This document shows, piece after piece, positions 8,050-17,602 of a stretch of DNA of 64,000 nucleotides. The position numbers and the translations under genes were made by a program. The notes beneath the pieces were generated by a model, which did no database searches, was not told the DNA's origin, and saw only the letters and a list, made by a program, of their open reading frames with translations. This stretch comes from a virus. Its lineage: Duplodnaviria > Caudoviricetes. The stretch spans positions 19,591-83,590 of the IMG/VR virus record IMGVR_UViG_2903352716_000007; one strand, written 5' to 3'. The number at the start of each line of letters is the position of its first letter. The first letter of the stretch is position 1.

Positions 8050-8256
8050 TCATTCTTTATCTGTCTTAGCTTTGCGCTCGACTTCACGGATGGCATATGA
8101 GAAATCATTCAATATGATGACTGCAGCCATAATATTGTTATGAAGTTGCTCCTCGATGCGATTAAGCATGACGCGCTGGTCAGGGTGTTTTTCTTCGAAT
8201 TTTGCGCGCTCAATCTGCCAGAAGTTTGCCGCTTCAAGGGTTTTGTTGGTAGCCAT
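8050..8256 (-). CDS. Hypothetical protein
   Basis: Likely start ATG 8256 (MATNK) with GGAGAATGAG upstream. Confidence 0.55.
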   Translation of the reverse strand: MATNKTLEAANFWQIERAKFEEKHPDQRVMLNRIEEQLHNNIMAAVIILNDFSYAIREVERKAKTDKE

Positions 8257-8257
8257 C

Positions 8258-8605
8258 TCATTCTCCTTTGCTGATGTTAGCGGCTCGGTCAATTCGCTCA
8301 ATTTCAGCCAAAATAAGAGCACCCGCTTTGACTAAATCCTTTCGCTGCCCTGATTGTTTCCACCAGTTATCAGACCAGGGCCAGTGGACCGGAATGGAGA
8401 AACCCTGTTCACTTGCCAGAAGTGCATAACATGCTGCAGCGTCAGCCATTTGACCTTCAACATGTTCATCATCGTGTTCTGGAGTCCAGCCCTCTGCGTT
8501 TATCTGGCGCTGGCGCTCTGCTAGGACATCAGTTGCGGCGGCGGTGAGTGCCACCCCGTTGAGTTCAGTGATGCCTGGCGGGGTTAAGTCACGCTTCTGG
8601 TTCAT
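8258..8605 (-). CDS. Conserved phage protein
   Basis: AATDVLAERQRQINAEGWTPEHDDEH motif common in phage early regions. Confidence 0.7.
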   Translation of the reverse strand: MNQKRDLTPPGITELNGVALTAAATDVLAERQRQINAEGWTPEHDDEHVEGQMADAAACYALLASEQGFSIPVHWPWSDNWWKQSGQRKDLVKAGALILAEIERIDRAANISKGE

Positions 8606-8919
8606 AAGCCCCTCTTTGCCTCGAATTGAAATTGTTCGGCCTCTTCCGCGTCGTGGCGGTCGCGTTCGCTACAGAAAAATTCGTATTCCGTCAGTATTTC
8701 TGAAGGCCACTTGTCGGTGTCCGGGCCATACTCTTCCTGAATGGCTGAAATACGTTTTACACACTCGCGATGTGGGTTTTTAAGAGGGTTTGCGGGGGCT
8801 AGCATGGAAAGAAGTTCGTCCATGCTCCCTGCCCCGTTAATGTCGGCAATTAGTTGTTCGGCGATTTTAGCCACGGTGATCCTCCGGCAACTCCTTGTTA
8901 ATTTTTTCCACCAGCTCAA
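8602..8919 (-). CDS. Hypothetical protein
   Basis: ATGA-coupled ORF. Confidence 0.55.
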   Translation of the reverse strand: MSWWKKLTRSCRRITVAKIAEQLIADINGAGSMDELLSMLAPANPLKNPHRECVKRISAIQEEYGPDTDKWPSEILTEYEFFCSERDRHDAEEAEQFQFEAKRGL

Positions 8920-9106
8920 TCCACTGCGGCTCCAGCGTTTCTATCGCTTTTGCGCGACTACCAGCCGGACCTCCCAATAGCACACTGTAATGGTTGTATG
9001 GACATTTCAATCCACCCCACACCCAGCCCATATAATTTGGCTTCAGCGCGTATTCCGGCATGTTTCCGCAGGTCGGGCAGCGGGGTAAGTCAGACTGCTT
9101 CATCAC
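8867..9106 (-). CDS. Small zinc-finger phage protein
   Basis: LPRCPTCG...KCPY. Confidence 0.6.
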   Translation of the reverse strand: MMKQSDLPRCPTCGNMPEYALKPNYMGWVWGGLKCPYNHYSVLLGGPAGSRAKAIETLEPQWIELVEKINKELPEDHRG

Positions 9107-9309
9107 GCAACCCCTGCTTCGATAATTGGCTTAATGCTTGTCAGCACAAGGCGGCGTTTTGTGAGTGGTGCGCCTACGCGACGACCGGTGAATTTGTCGT
9201 ATGTCTCTTTGGGGCCGACACACCAGGTTGTCGCTGTTCCATGCAACTTAACGGTCTTTTCGCCATCTTTGGTGATGATGGTTCCCGTATGCGTTTTTGG
9301 TGTGCTCAT
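9103..9309 (-). CDS. Hypothetical phage protein
   Basis: ATGA-coupled ORF. Confidence 0.65.
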   Translation of the reverse strand: MSTPKTHTGTIITKDGEKTVKLHGTATTWCVGPKETYDKFTGRRVGAPLTKRRLVLTSIKPIIEAGVA

Positions 9310-9881
9310 AGTGCTGCTTCCTTACGAATTGAATTATCTGCCAATACCAGACGCCCATCGCACAGCGCCGCAATAACTTCCTGATATTCCCAGCCGTAAC
9401 ACATGCTTTCGACGTACACGCGCAATGGTGGGTAGTCGTGTTGCTTGCGACGAATGAATGCGTCTGCCGCTTCTCTGGTCAGGTGCGCATTTACGTGCTG
9501 CCATTCTTTGCGATACCCACAAACGGTATGGTCGTCCAGGTCAGCAAGAACCAGCCACTGCTCATCCTCTTCGCACTCAAGGAAATCGCATTCCCATGCT
9601 CCCTGGGCCATGCTGTTCAGCTTTTCCCGGTCTTCCTCATCGGCGTCATCCCAATACTCCTGCGGTGAATGCCAGTCGTATTCCTCGTAATGAAGTACCT
9701 TGCCTTCGCAGTATTCGTCAGCCAGGCCGTAAATTGTCGATTGCTTCTGCACCATGAAAATTGGATCGGCGGTGTGGTGGCGGCTCACTCCTTCGCCTTG
9801 ATGGTGATACTTCAGGCGCTCAATAAAATCAGCGAAGGTTTCCGGCGTCAGCTTTGCCCCGTCAGCGATAGACTTGCTCAT
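9306..9881 (-). CDS. Conserved acidic phage early protein
   Basis: HHTADPIFMVQK...HLTREAADAFIRRKQHDYPPLRVYVES; coupled at both ends. Confidence 0.7.
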   Translation of the reverse strand: MSKSIADGAKLTPETFADFIERLKYHHQGEGVSRHHTADPIFMVQKQSTIYGLADEYCEGKVLHYEEYDWHSPQEYWDDADEEDREKLNSMAQGAWECDFLECEEDEQWLVLADLDDHTVCGYRKEWQHVNAHLTREAADAFIRRKQHDYPPLRVYVESMCYGWEYQEVIAALCDGRLVLADNSIRKEAAL

Positions 9882-10078
9882 TGGGCTGCCTCCCCTTCGG
9901 ATTTTTTAGCGATAAAGCGGGATGGTGACCAGTCGCAATAGGTGTCTGTCTCAGTGTGACCAAACATAGCTTTGCAGCGGCGAATGTGATGGCAATTACC
10001 ACATGTCACACCAGTCGGTAAACGCATCTTGTCAGGATCGGCAGGGTCGTAATTCAGCGCTTTGGTGTTGATGCTCAT
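9878..10078 (-). CDS. Small Cys-rich phage protein
   Basis: TCGNCHHIRRC...YCDWSPSRF. Confidence 0.65.
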   Translation of the reverse strand: MSINTKALNYDPADPDKMRLPTGVTCGNCHHIRRCKAMFGHTETDTYCDWSPSRFIAKKSEGEAAQ

Positions 10079-10506
10079 TGGGCCTCCTGGCGAAGCTGTG
10101 CAGCGAACTCTGCAACGGCATCCGGTAGTGAACGGTAATAAGCCTTAGATTCAACAAATACGGAGTTTTCTTCACCACAGAACGCTATAAATCCCTCCGC
10201 ACCCTGCGCCCGTACTTCAGACAGGCTCTTACCGAACGCGTGAACGTATTCTTCAACTGACATTCCCCAGTGCATCGGGCATTGCTCTACGGTTTCGTCT
10301 TCGTTCTCTTCATCCGGCACTTCGCGAGTAAAGAACTCGCGTTCAACGGCATGTAGCGTGTCAGCGAAGCGCCGCAGGTTGCCGATCCCGACTGTTATGG
10401 CGAATACTGGAGCCTCACAGCCAACATCCATTTGCTGGTACACAGCGGTTTTAAATTTGTTAAGCGCCGCGCATTCGGCTTCTAATTCTTCATAGGTCGG
10501 TTTCAC
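10075..10506 (-). CDS. Ead/Ea22-like protein
   Basis: MKPTYEELEAECAAL start and EVRAQG...AEFAAQLRQ end typical of this family. Confidence 0.6.
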   Translation of the reverse strand: MKPTYEELEAECAALNKFKTAVYQQMDVGCEAPVFAITVGIGNLRRFADTLHAVEREFFTREVPDEENEDETVEQCPMHWGMSVEEYVHAFGKSLSEVRAQGAEGFIAFCGEENSVFVESKAYYRSLPDAVAEFAAQLRQEAQ

Positions 10507-10516
10507 TGTTAATCCT

Positions 10517-10870
10517 TTATTTCGCAGTCATTCGGAGCAACTTCACACCGAAATTGCATAACTCGCACCTGGCAGACATAGAACCGGCGCGGGACTGTTT
10601 GAGGCTGTATTTCTTGCACTGAGGACACTGAACTTCAGTGATCCGTATGGTCATGAGGCGGTTAATCTCGGCAATAGCTTCTGGTGACTTCGTGCGGCGT
10701 TTCCTGCGTGGTGGAGCCATGCCAAGCGCTTTAAGGATGCGGTTGTATTCTTTATTTACCCATTTTCCGCCTGGCTCGTTAGCAACACCGTCGCCGATCA
10801 TATCGCCCAGCTTTACCAACTGAGCGTGAAGGTGCGCTTTGGTTTCTTTGCTGAGGTTGCTGGTGGTCAT
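10517..10870 (-). CDS. Zinc-ribbon phage protein
   Basis: Likely start ATG 10870; CPQC and CELC. Confidence 0.6.
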   Translation of the reverse strand: MTTSNLSKETKAHLHAQLVKLGDMIGDGVANEPGGKWVNKEYNRILKALGMAPPRRKRRTKSPEAIAEINRLMTIRITEVQCPQCKKYSLKQSRAGSMSARCELCNFGVKLLRMTAK

Positions 10871-11499
10871 CGTGCGCCCTCGCAACTGTAGTTTCTGCAT
10901 CCCTCAAAGTCATAAGGGTTGAGCTGCCAGCTAATGCGCCCACAGTAAGGGCAATTCCAGCGGGTTTTGCCTGTGTTTTTGCGTTTACGACGTTTCAGGA
11001 GTGCAGGTACGCGCAAGCCAGCGCCCTGGACCATCTTGCGGCGGTTTAGCAGGTTTATATTGAACGTGCGGCGCTTAACTGCGTCCACGGTGGAGAACGG
11101 AAGCCAGACAAGACCCTCGCTATCTTGGCGCGCCGCCGGGTAAATCGCGGCTTTGCTAAAATCGGTCGTTGGCAGTGAGCCGTCAGCCAGCCAATAAACG
11201 TCGTTACCATCCCACTTGCCAGTAACGAATGCGACGTAGGCGTTACAGCCATCCACCAGCGTTGTCGTATTGGGGATTTTCTGGCAGTCAACGTGCCACA
11301 CTGCCAGCGCATCGATGCAGTCAGCAGAAACAGGGAGATCAATATCCCGGCCCTTGTTCCATTTGGCCTGTGCTTCTTCCTGGGTGTACACGTGAGCTGA
11401 GTCGATATTGGTGTTGTAACCATGTCCATCAACGCAATGAAAGGACATGTTGGTGCCAACGGTATCGCGCAGACAGGCCATGTAAAATCGGTCACTCAT
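10867..11499 (-). CDS. Conserved phage protein with C-terminal zinc finger
   Basis: 210 aa with AAGGAAGGAG SD; WNCPYCG...EGC. Confidence 0.7.
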   Translation of the reverse strand: MSDRFYMACLRDTVGTNMSFHCVDGHGYNTNIDSAHVYTQEEAQAKWNKGRDIDLPVSADCIDALAVWHVDCQKIPNTTTLVDGCNAYVAFVTGKWDGNDVYWLADGSLPTTDFSKAAIYPAARQDSEGLVWLPFSTVDAVKRRTFNINLLNRRKMVQGAGLRVPALLKRRKRKNTGKTRWNCPYCGRISWQLNPYDFEGCRNYSCEGAR

Positions 11500-11514
11500 G
11501 CGATTCTCCTTCCT

Positions 11515-11721
11515 TCAATGGGTTCCATTTGTTGTTCCCCTTTTCCTGTTTCGTCCTTTCCTTCGATAGCTATCACAGCCGTAAACAATGGCGAGAAGGC
11601 TTGAACCCAGGGCTATTTTTCCTGCTGCTTCTGTCCCCCACTCCACTCCCCATGCCAGAGCGATGAATACGCCCCAACCGAGGAAGGACAAGCCCACAAA
11701 CAGCGCTCTAACCAGTCTCAT
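11515..11721 (-). CDS. Small two-TM membrane protein
   Basis: Two hydrophobic stretches and basic tail. Confidence 0.6.
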   Translation of the reverse strand: MRLVRALFVGLSFLGWGVFIALAWGVEWGTEAAGKIALGSSLLAIVYGCDSYRRKGRNRKRGTTNGTH

Positions 11722-12158
11722 TTTTTTGGCTGGTATGCCTGACGCATTTCCTCACCGCCGACTTCAATCAGGATCAGGCGCAATCCCTTTGATGCAGAGC
11801 CGTCACCGCGTTTCTTTAAAAAATCGGCGGCTTTACCGGGGATATAACAAGAAAGTGATACGGGGTTTTCTATCTTGCTTGGTGCGCCTACGCGGGGATA
11901 AAGCACCGAGCTAATGATCTCTTTGTTACTGGCGCTGGTGGGCATATCCAGAATGATGGCCCCGGCACGTTTCATGACGATGCGATCCGCCATCTGACGT
12001 GTCTCGGTTTCGTTGGTCAGCAATTCACGTAATCGGGCATCAATAACCCGGCGCGAATCCGTCTGTAAGTTGTGGCTTGTCGCCCCCGACTTGTATGCAA
12101 AGTAAATCTCGTAAGACACGGTAATTCCCTGTTGGACAATTTCAGAGTAAAGATACAT
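11718..12158 (-). CDS. First gene of leftward early operon; C-terminal RHH-like DNA-binding motif
   Basis: GAPSKIENPVSLSCYIP...RGDGSASKGLRLIL. Confidence 0.55.
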   Translation of the reverse strand: MYLYSEIVQQGITVSYEIYFAYKSGATSHNLQTDSRRVIDARLRELLTNETETRQMADRIVMKRAGAIILDMPTSASNKEIISSVLYPRVGAPSKIENPVSLSCYIPGKAADFLKKRGDGSASKGLRLILIEVGGEEMRQAYQPKK

Positions 12159-12209
12159 GCAATTCTAACGAAAATAAATATTTTTGATGGTATTTTTTGA
12201 AAGGTAATC

Positions 12210-12230
12210 AAAGTACAAACCGCATAACTT
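12210..12230 (+). promoter_or_regulatory. Late promoter (capsid operon)
   Basis: AAAGTACAAAC-cgca-TAACTT; one of ten copies of the late motif. Confidence 0.65.
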
Positions 12231-12282
12231 CTACGCGTCAAAAGTAACTCTCGCATCCGCGCCCTAAGATAAGGGCTAAATT

Positions 12283-14034
12283 GTGAGCAAAGATATTCAA
12301 CCTGCCCGCGCGCGTTTGGAGGACATCAACCACCGCGCCGCGCGAGTCGCAGCATTTACCGTCGACATTCAGAAAAAGAATGGCGTCACCATTACCGATC
12401 CAAAGGAACTGGCTCAGGCCTCAATGGATGCGGCGTTACGTGATCCAATGTTTGAGAATGTTGACCCACGCTTTGTAAAACGCGTAGCGAGTGCGTGGAC
12501 GTCTGCTGTTATGGAGCATCAGGAACGCACTGGTGATCTGCCGTCTGCTGATTTGCTGGCGAACGCTCAACATTGCTGTGAAAAACTGATGCTGGAAGCC
12601 GCAGCCGATTCGCACACAGGCGCAGGCCGCGCGATGTTTGAATCTGTCGCAGCCGATATGCGCACCTCTGATGGTGTTTTACGTCTGGCGCAGTTTGTGG
12701 CTCTTATCCTGCCGGTATCTTTGGGTGCTGCGACGTCTGACGCATGTACGTTCGTACCGTGCGAGCGTGATAAGGCCAACATCTTCGAATTACTGAACGT
12801 TGCGGGTACTGAGTTCGGCTCGTTCAAGCCTGGCGATGAGCTGCATATGCAGCGCGCGGGTATGTATTCGCAACTCAAGCGTTACTACATCTTCCCTAAA
12901 ACCATCCAGCCAGACGGCACGAAAAAAGTCTTTAACTTCGCGATTAAAGATCTGGAAGGCAAAGACATGCCGATTCGTGCCGGTCGCACGAAATTGCTGA
13001 TTAACCGTCGTCAATCCAAAGCCGATGATGGTGATGGCAACCTGTATTTCAACGATAAAGACTTTAACGGCGTTGCGTACTCCGCGACCTGTAAAGTGGC
13101 CTATGACAAGGGGACCGTTGCTGTCACCTTTACTGAAGTGCCACCAGCCGACACTGAATTGGCTATCCAACTGGAAATCAACATCGAGAAAGCGCCAGAG
13201 CTTATCCCTGTGATTAACCAGTCTATGCGTGAGTGGGAAGTTAGCCCGTCTCAGTACGTCGTAGCGTCCGAACACACTGTAATGTCGGCGTCCGATCTCA
13301 GCCGTGAATTTGGTATCAACCTGCAGTCTGTCCAGTTTACCGCGCTGCGTAACTGGCTGTCCCACGAGCAGGACATGATGCGTCTGCGTCTGATGGCGTT
13401 CTTCTGCGTTAACAACTACGAGTTTGACGTGGCAATGCCGGAAGCCCAGCAGTATGAGTCCTGGGTAGGTCTGATCCGTCACCGCGTGAACGAGATGAGT
13501 ACGGCGATGGTCAACAAGACCCGCAAATCTGGTATCCGTGGTGGTTTTGCTGGTGGTGAAGCGGCGAACTTCATTAAGTCCCTACCTCCGCAGTATTTCG
13601 CCCAGGACTCGAACTACGTTGAAAGTCCTCACGTCCAGTATATCGGTACGCTGTTTGGCTACATCCGTATCTACGAAGTCCCGACCGCTGTCTGTGAGCA
13701 ATTCGTTGAAGATGGTTATAACTTCAATCCGAACGACGTAATTTTCTACGGTCGTGGTAACAGCATTGGCGAAGCTGGCCTGATTGCCGGTGATGCCGTC
13801 CCTGCCATTCCGTACATCCATGAAACCAACCCTGCTTTGGTTAACCGCACCACTATGTGGGGATCTGCGCTCAACGAGATCCACCCGCGTAAAGGTGAAA
13901 ACTACTTCTGCAAGCTGAAGCTGACCAACACCAAAGTCGGTGCGTTCAACATGCTGACCGGCAAGAAAATTGAAGCCGAACAGCCACCTGAAGTTGACGA
14001 GCCTGAAGATAAAGCGGCTAAAGCCTCCAAGTAA
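12283..14034 (+). CDS. Major capsid protein precursor (P1 gp23 equivalent)
   Basis: 583 aa, highly biased codons, first gene of the head-sheath block as in P1; AMFE|S motif ending at residue 120. Confidence 0.85.
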   Translation: MSKDIQPARARLEDINHRAARVAAFTVDIQKKNGVTITDPKELAQASMDAALRDPMFENVDPRFVKRVASAWTSAVMEHQERTGDLPSADLLANAQHCCEKLMLEAAADSHTGAGRAMFESVAADMRTSDGVLRLAQFVALILPVSLGAATSDACTFVPCERDKANIFELLNVAGTEFGSFKPGDELHMQRAGMYSQLKRYYIFPKTIQPDGTKKVFNFAIKDLEGKDMPIRAGRTKLLINRRQSKADDGDGNLYFNDKDFNGVAYSATCKVAYDKGTVAVTFTEVPPADTELAIQLEINIEKAPELIPVINQSMREWEVSPSQYVVASEHTVMSASDLSREFGINLQSVQFTALRNWLSHEQDMMRLRLMAFFCVNNYEFDVAMPEAQQYESWVGLIRHRVNEMSTAMVNKTRKSGIRGGFAGGEAANFIKSLPPQYFAQDSNYVESPHVQYIGTLFGYIRIYEVPTAVCEQFVEDGYNFNPNDVIFYGRGNSIGEAGLIAGDAVPAIPYIHETNPALVNRTTMWGSALNEIHPRKGENYFCKLKLTNTKVGAFNMLTGKKIEAEQPPEVDEPEDKAAKASK

Positions 14035-14079
14035 TTGCAAGGCGGCGCCTGAACGGGCGCCGCTAAAAGGACTCTGAGA

Positions 14080-15666
14080 ATGAAACAAATTCCTTATGCA
14101 GTTGGTCAGGCGGCTGGTGTTGCGGTCATGCCGATCAATGCTGATGCGACCAACACCAATACGTCAGGCGGTGCTTCCGTTTTTGCCGGATTGGTTATTT
14201 CCCGTCGTGGTAAGCCTGGCGAAGTATTGCGCGTCACTGCCAATAACTTCGAGTCAGTGCTTGGCGCGGCAATTCACCCACGCCAGGGGGCAATTTTCGA
14301 GCCTTTACGCCACGTTGAACGTGCAACGAAAGGCGGTGACGGCTATGTCGTGCGTGTTTGCCCGTCAGACATGAAGATCCCGACGCTGGCCTTCATGCTG
14401 GATGCCGAAACCAAAAAGCTTACGGTGACAGCCTCAACGGTAAATGTCGGCGCTGCACCTGCCCTGCCGGAAGGTGCTTATGCACTTATCTACATTGATG
14501 ACGGTGACGCTTCTGCATCCCGAGCGATTAATTTCTATGAGGACGAAACCTCAGAAGGGTTATTCATGCTGGAGCTGCAGGAAACCGACTCCGCAGGGAC
14601 TGTCACCATCCTGGAATCGCACCAGGTCTCTTTTGACCCGGAAGCGCGTTCTGATATGGGGACTCCGGCATTCATGGATACTGCGCTGGAAAATGGTTCC
14701 ACGCGGTTACGTGCGCTGGTGGCTGATGACGCGCATGAAGCGCTCTCTCAGCTTAAAGGGGAAGCCATTACGGTTGAGGCTGCGCCGTTTGTCGGTGGTA
14801 GCGATGGTGACATGTCTAAGCTGGTCGCAAAGGACTATCAAAAAGCCCTTACCGTACTGAAAAAGTCTATGTTCAGCTTTACCGCCGTGCTGTCTCTCGG
14901 TTGCTATGACCCGACCGTGATCGCGGATCTGGATAAGTTTGCTCAGGACGTGCGTGTTGACATGTTCTACGACCTGCTGGGCGCTCAAACCGCTGCATTA
15001 GCTATTACTGAAGCCAAATCTCACGGCCTCGGTGGTTCACATCAGCCGTGCCGTTACTACTTCCCGTATTCCTGCCGTGACGTGTTCACCAGTGCGAATG
15101 TCGTATTCGGGATCTCCTGTGATGCGTTTGTGGCTAAGGCTAAAGGTGTTGCGCTGGTCCCTGATGTTGGTGGATGGCACTACTCACCGGCTGGCGTCTC
15201 GCGCGCCATTATCAGTCGTCAAAATATCAAGCCTATTCCTAACCTGGATGAGATTGATAACGAAGAGTTCGTGAAGGCGCGTATTAACCCGGTTGCCATG
15301 AATAGTGCGGGTGATCTCTATATCGACGACGCGCTTACCACTCTCACCAAAAATAACTACCTGCGTCTGCAGCATATTAGCTCGCTGATGAACGCTATTG
15401 CGCGTGGCTTCTATGAAGTGGCTGAAGCTGCAAAACATGAACCCGATGGTGTGACGTACACCGTGTTGATGTCCGGGATGACCGATTTGCTGGAGCGCTT
15501 TGCCGCCGCTGAAGCGATCGTGAAACCGCGTGACCCAAGCCAGGGTGAATCCCCGTTCGCTCTGACGCTGATTCAAAAAGATATTGATTTGTGGGAGCTG
15601 GAGTGGGCCGTTTGCCCGACTGGTTCATCCCGTCGAATTGTCGGTAAACCGATGCTCTTGCGCTAA
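14080..15666 (+). CDS. Contractile tail sheath protein (P1 gp22 equivalent)
   Basis: 528 aa; sheath motifs GGWHYSPAG, ARINPV, YIDDALT; follows the capsid gene as in P1. Confidence 0.85.
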   Translation: MKQIPYAVGQAAGVAVMPINADATNTNTSGGASVFAGLVISRRGKPGEVLRVTANNFESVLGAAIHPRQGAIFEPLRHVERATKGGDGYVVRVCPSDMKIPTLAFMLDAETKKLTVTASTVNVGAAPALPEGAYALIYIDDGDASASRAINFYEDETSEGLFMLELQETDSAGTVTILESHQVSFDPEARSDMGTPAFMDTALENGSTRLRALVADDAHEALSQLKGEAITVEAAPFVGGSDGDMSKLVAKDYQKALTVLKKSMFSFTAVLSLGCYDPTVIADLDKFAQDVRVDMFYDLLGAQTAALAITEAKSHGLGGSHQPCRYYFPYSCRDVFTSANVVFGISCDAFVAKAKGVALVPDVGGWHYSPAGVSRAIISRQNIKPIPNLDEIDNEEFVKARINPVAMNSAGDLYIDDALTTLTKNNYLRLQHISSLMNAIARGFYEVAEAAKHEPDGVTYTVLMSGMTDLLERFAAAEAIVKPRDPSQGESPFALTLIQKDIDLWELEWAVCPTGSSRRIVGKPMLLR

Positions 15667-15676
15667 GGAAAAAGAG

Positions 15677-16387
15677 ATGCTGAACAAACGAAACTTGAAC
15701 CATAGCCTACTTCTTCAGGCAGGTTTTGCACCAGCCCCGGCTTCCGGGGAACATGCCATGCTGGAAAACAACGGTGATAAGAAAGGTCAGGAGAAAAAGG
15801 GCGCCGATAAAGAAATGGCGATGATGGAAGCTGTCGAACGCCGCTTTAATGAAGACCGTCGCGGTTTGGCGGCGTCCATGCTGGTGGAATGGGCGAGCGA
15901 TGGCGAACCTACCTGGCAGGACTTCAGCGCCTTAGCTATTTCCCTGGCAGACCTCCCTGATCTGGAAGACGGTGACGACGACTACACCGACGAACAGGTG
16001 GACGCCTACAACGAAGCGCTGGCTGATCTTGCTTATGCCGCCATTGCACTGGGCGCTGATCAGGATGACGTAACCAGCATGATCGACGATGAGGACGACG
16101 ACGCCGCTGCCGCTGTCTATGACGCGATCAATGATATTGAAGATACCGATGACGCTATCGCTCAATACACCATTGCCGGTGACGACGACGACGCTATGTT
16201 TGAAGCGCCGAAAATCAAAGTGGTCCGTGATGGTAAGGTGAAGCTGATCCGTAAGCGTATCCGCAAGCAACGCCGTACTTCAAAGCAAAAAGCAGCCCTC
16301 AAAAAAGCCCAGCGTAAATCGCATACGTCTACGGCGAAACTCAAACAACGCAAATCCATGAAACTCCGCAAGAAGCGCGGAATGTAA
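15677..16387 (+). CDS. P1 gp21-position protein, acidic core and very basic C-tail; candidate head scaffold/core
   Basis: Likely start ATG 15677 after AAGGAAAAAGAG; synteny; three M-x-E-(A/N) motifs. Confidence 0.6.
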   Translation: MLNKRNLNHSLLLQAGFAPAPASGEHAMLENNGDKKGQEKKGADKEMAMMEAVERRFNEDRRGLAASMLVEWASDGEPTWQDFSALAISLADLPDLEDGDDDYTDEQVDAYNEALADLAYAAIALGADQDDVTSMIDDEDDDAAAAVYDAINDIEDTDDAIAQYTIAGDDDDAMFEAPKIKVVRDGKVKLIRKRIRKQRRTSKQKAALKKAQRKSHTSTAKLKQRKSMKLRKKRGM

Positions 16388-16414
16388 TGTGCTTGAGCCA
16401 CCAGCGCCCTGCTG

Positions 16415-17029
16415 GTGGCTTTTCAGGGAGTCATCGTAATGATTTGTGGCGCAATAATGCCAGACGGCGTAAGCCCTTTCCTGAAAGTCTTTATCACGTC
16501 TGAAACAGATATGGTTGTTGGCTATATCGGTCAGGGTAGCAGCGCTGATCTGCAGTCTATGTGGGAATCTCCATTCGGTAACGATAGCTTAGGGGGAATG
16601 GCTGGTGCGGTGAGTTCTGCAGCCGGTAAAGTGGCGTCAACCGGACAGGCAATGACTGACCAGACAACCAAATCAACGTTTAACAGTTTGCTGATATGGG
16701 AAGGCCAGACCCCACCTACTTTTAACCTTGTCATTGACCTGATGGCGACGATGAATGCAAAGGTGGAAGTGAACGATGCCATCACAACCTTGCTGCAGAT
16801 GGAATCGCCGGAGCTGGCTGCAATGGCGGCAACTGGGCGCCGACCAATACCTGTTGTGCTGGATGTTGGGCGGAGGCTCAAACTGATGGATGTCGTGATC
16901 CAGAATGTCAGTTTTCAGTTAGATGTACCGCGCACAAGCGATGGGTACTACACGCACAATACTGTAACGCTGCAGTGTTCAGGAATGGCTGTACAAAACC
17001 AGTCTGATATTCCCTACATGTTTATCTGA
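16415..17029 (+). CDS. pmgG: Tail/baseplate morphogenesis protein (PmgG equivalent)
   Basis: Size and position in P1 order 23-22-21-pmgG-bplB; symbol by synteny. Confidence 0.6.
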   Translation: MAFQGVIVMICGAIMPDGVSPFLKVFITSETDMVVGYIGQGSSADLQSMWESPFGNDSLGGMAGAVSSAAGKVASTGQAMTDQTTKSTFNSLLIWEGQTPPTFNLVIDLMATMNAKVEVNDAITTLLQMESPELAAMAATGRRPIPVVLDVGRRLKLMDVVIQNVSFQLDVPRTSDGYYTHNTVTLQCSGMAVQNQSDIPYMFI

Positions 17030-17039
17030 CCCCCTTCGC

Positions 17040-17060
17040 AAATCACAGACTACTTATTCT
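17040..17060 (+). promoter_or_regulatory. Late promoter
   Basis: AAATCACAGAC-tact-TATTCT. Confidence 0.75.
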
Positions 17061-17108
17061 ACCCCCGGTGCAAATTGGCACTGCCATTGTGTTAACTGAG
17101 GGGTATTT

Positions 17109-17600
17109 ATGTCTGGATTTTCCAACACCAAAGCCGATGTAGGCTTCCTTAAAAAACGTCTCAATCAGAGTATTGCCGCCGGTGAAAAACTGATTGGCTC
17201 TGAGTTCTGGATGCGTATCAAAGGGTATGACAATTTGTCGATCCTGGTGCGTACCGCTCAACTTCCCGAAATGACCCGTGAAGATGTGGAAGACTTCGCG
17301 CCTGGCGGCATGAAGTTCAACCAGCACGGCGCTATTCGCAACTCTGGCGAACTGCAGGTTACTTGTGCTGAAACCATCAAAGGCGATGTGTTTAAAGCCG
17401 TCCGTCAAATGGTATACGGCAAGGAATACGTCGACATCGAGCTGAAAGCGGCGGCTGAGTCCAATAGCGGCTCTGACGGTGGCATTTCCCGTACCCTGTT
17501 GCACTGTAAGGTTTACAGCGATGCTATTGATTTTGGTTCGGAAGACGTGACTACGGTCGTGCGCCCTACCCTGCGTATCGTTTTCAACTGGGCTGAATAA
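17109..17600 (+). CDS. bplB: Tail tube-type protein (BplB equivalent, T4 gp19-like)
   Basis: 163 aa; LVRTAQLPEMTREDVE...GELQVTCAE; synteny. Confidence 0.7.
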   Translation: MSGFSNTKADVGFLKKRLNQSIAAGEKLIGSEFWMRIKGYDNLSILVRTAQLPEMTREDVEDFAPGGMKFNQHGAIRNSGELQVTCAETIKGDVFKAVRQMVYGKEYVDIELKAAAESNSGSDGGISRTLLHCKVYSDAIDFGSEDVTTVVRPTLRIVFNWAE

Positions 17601-17602
17601 TC

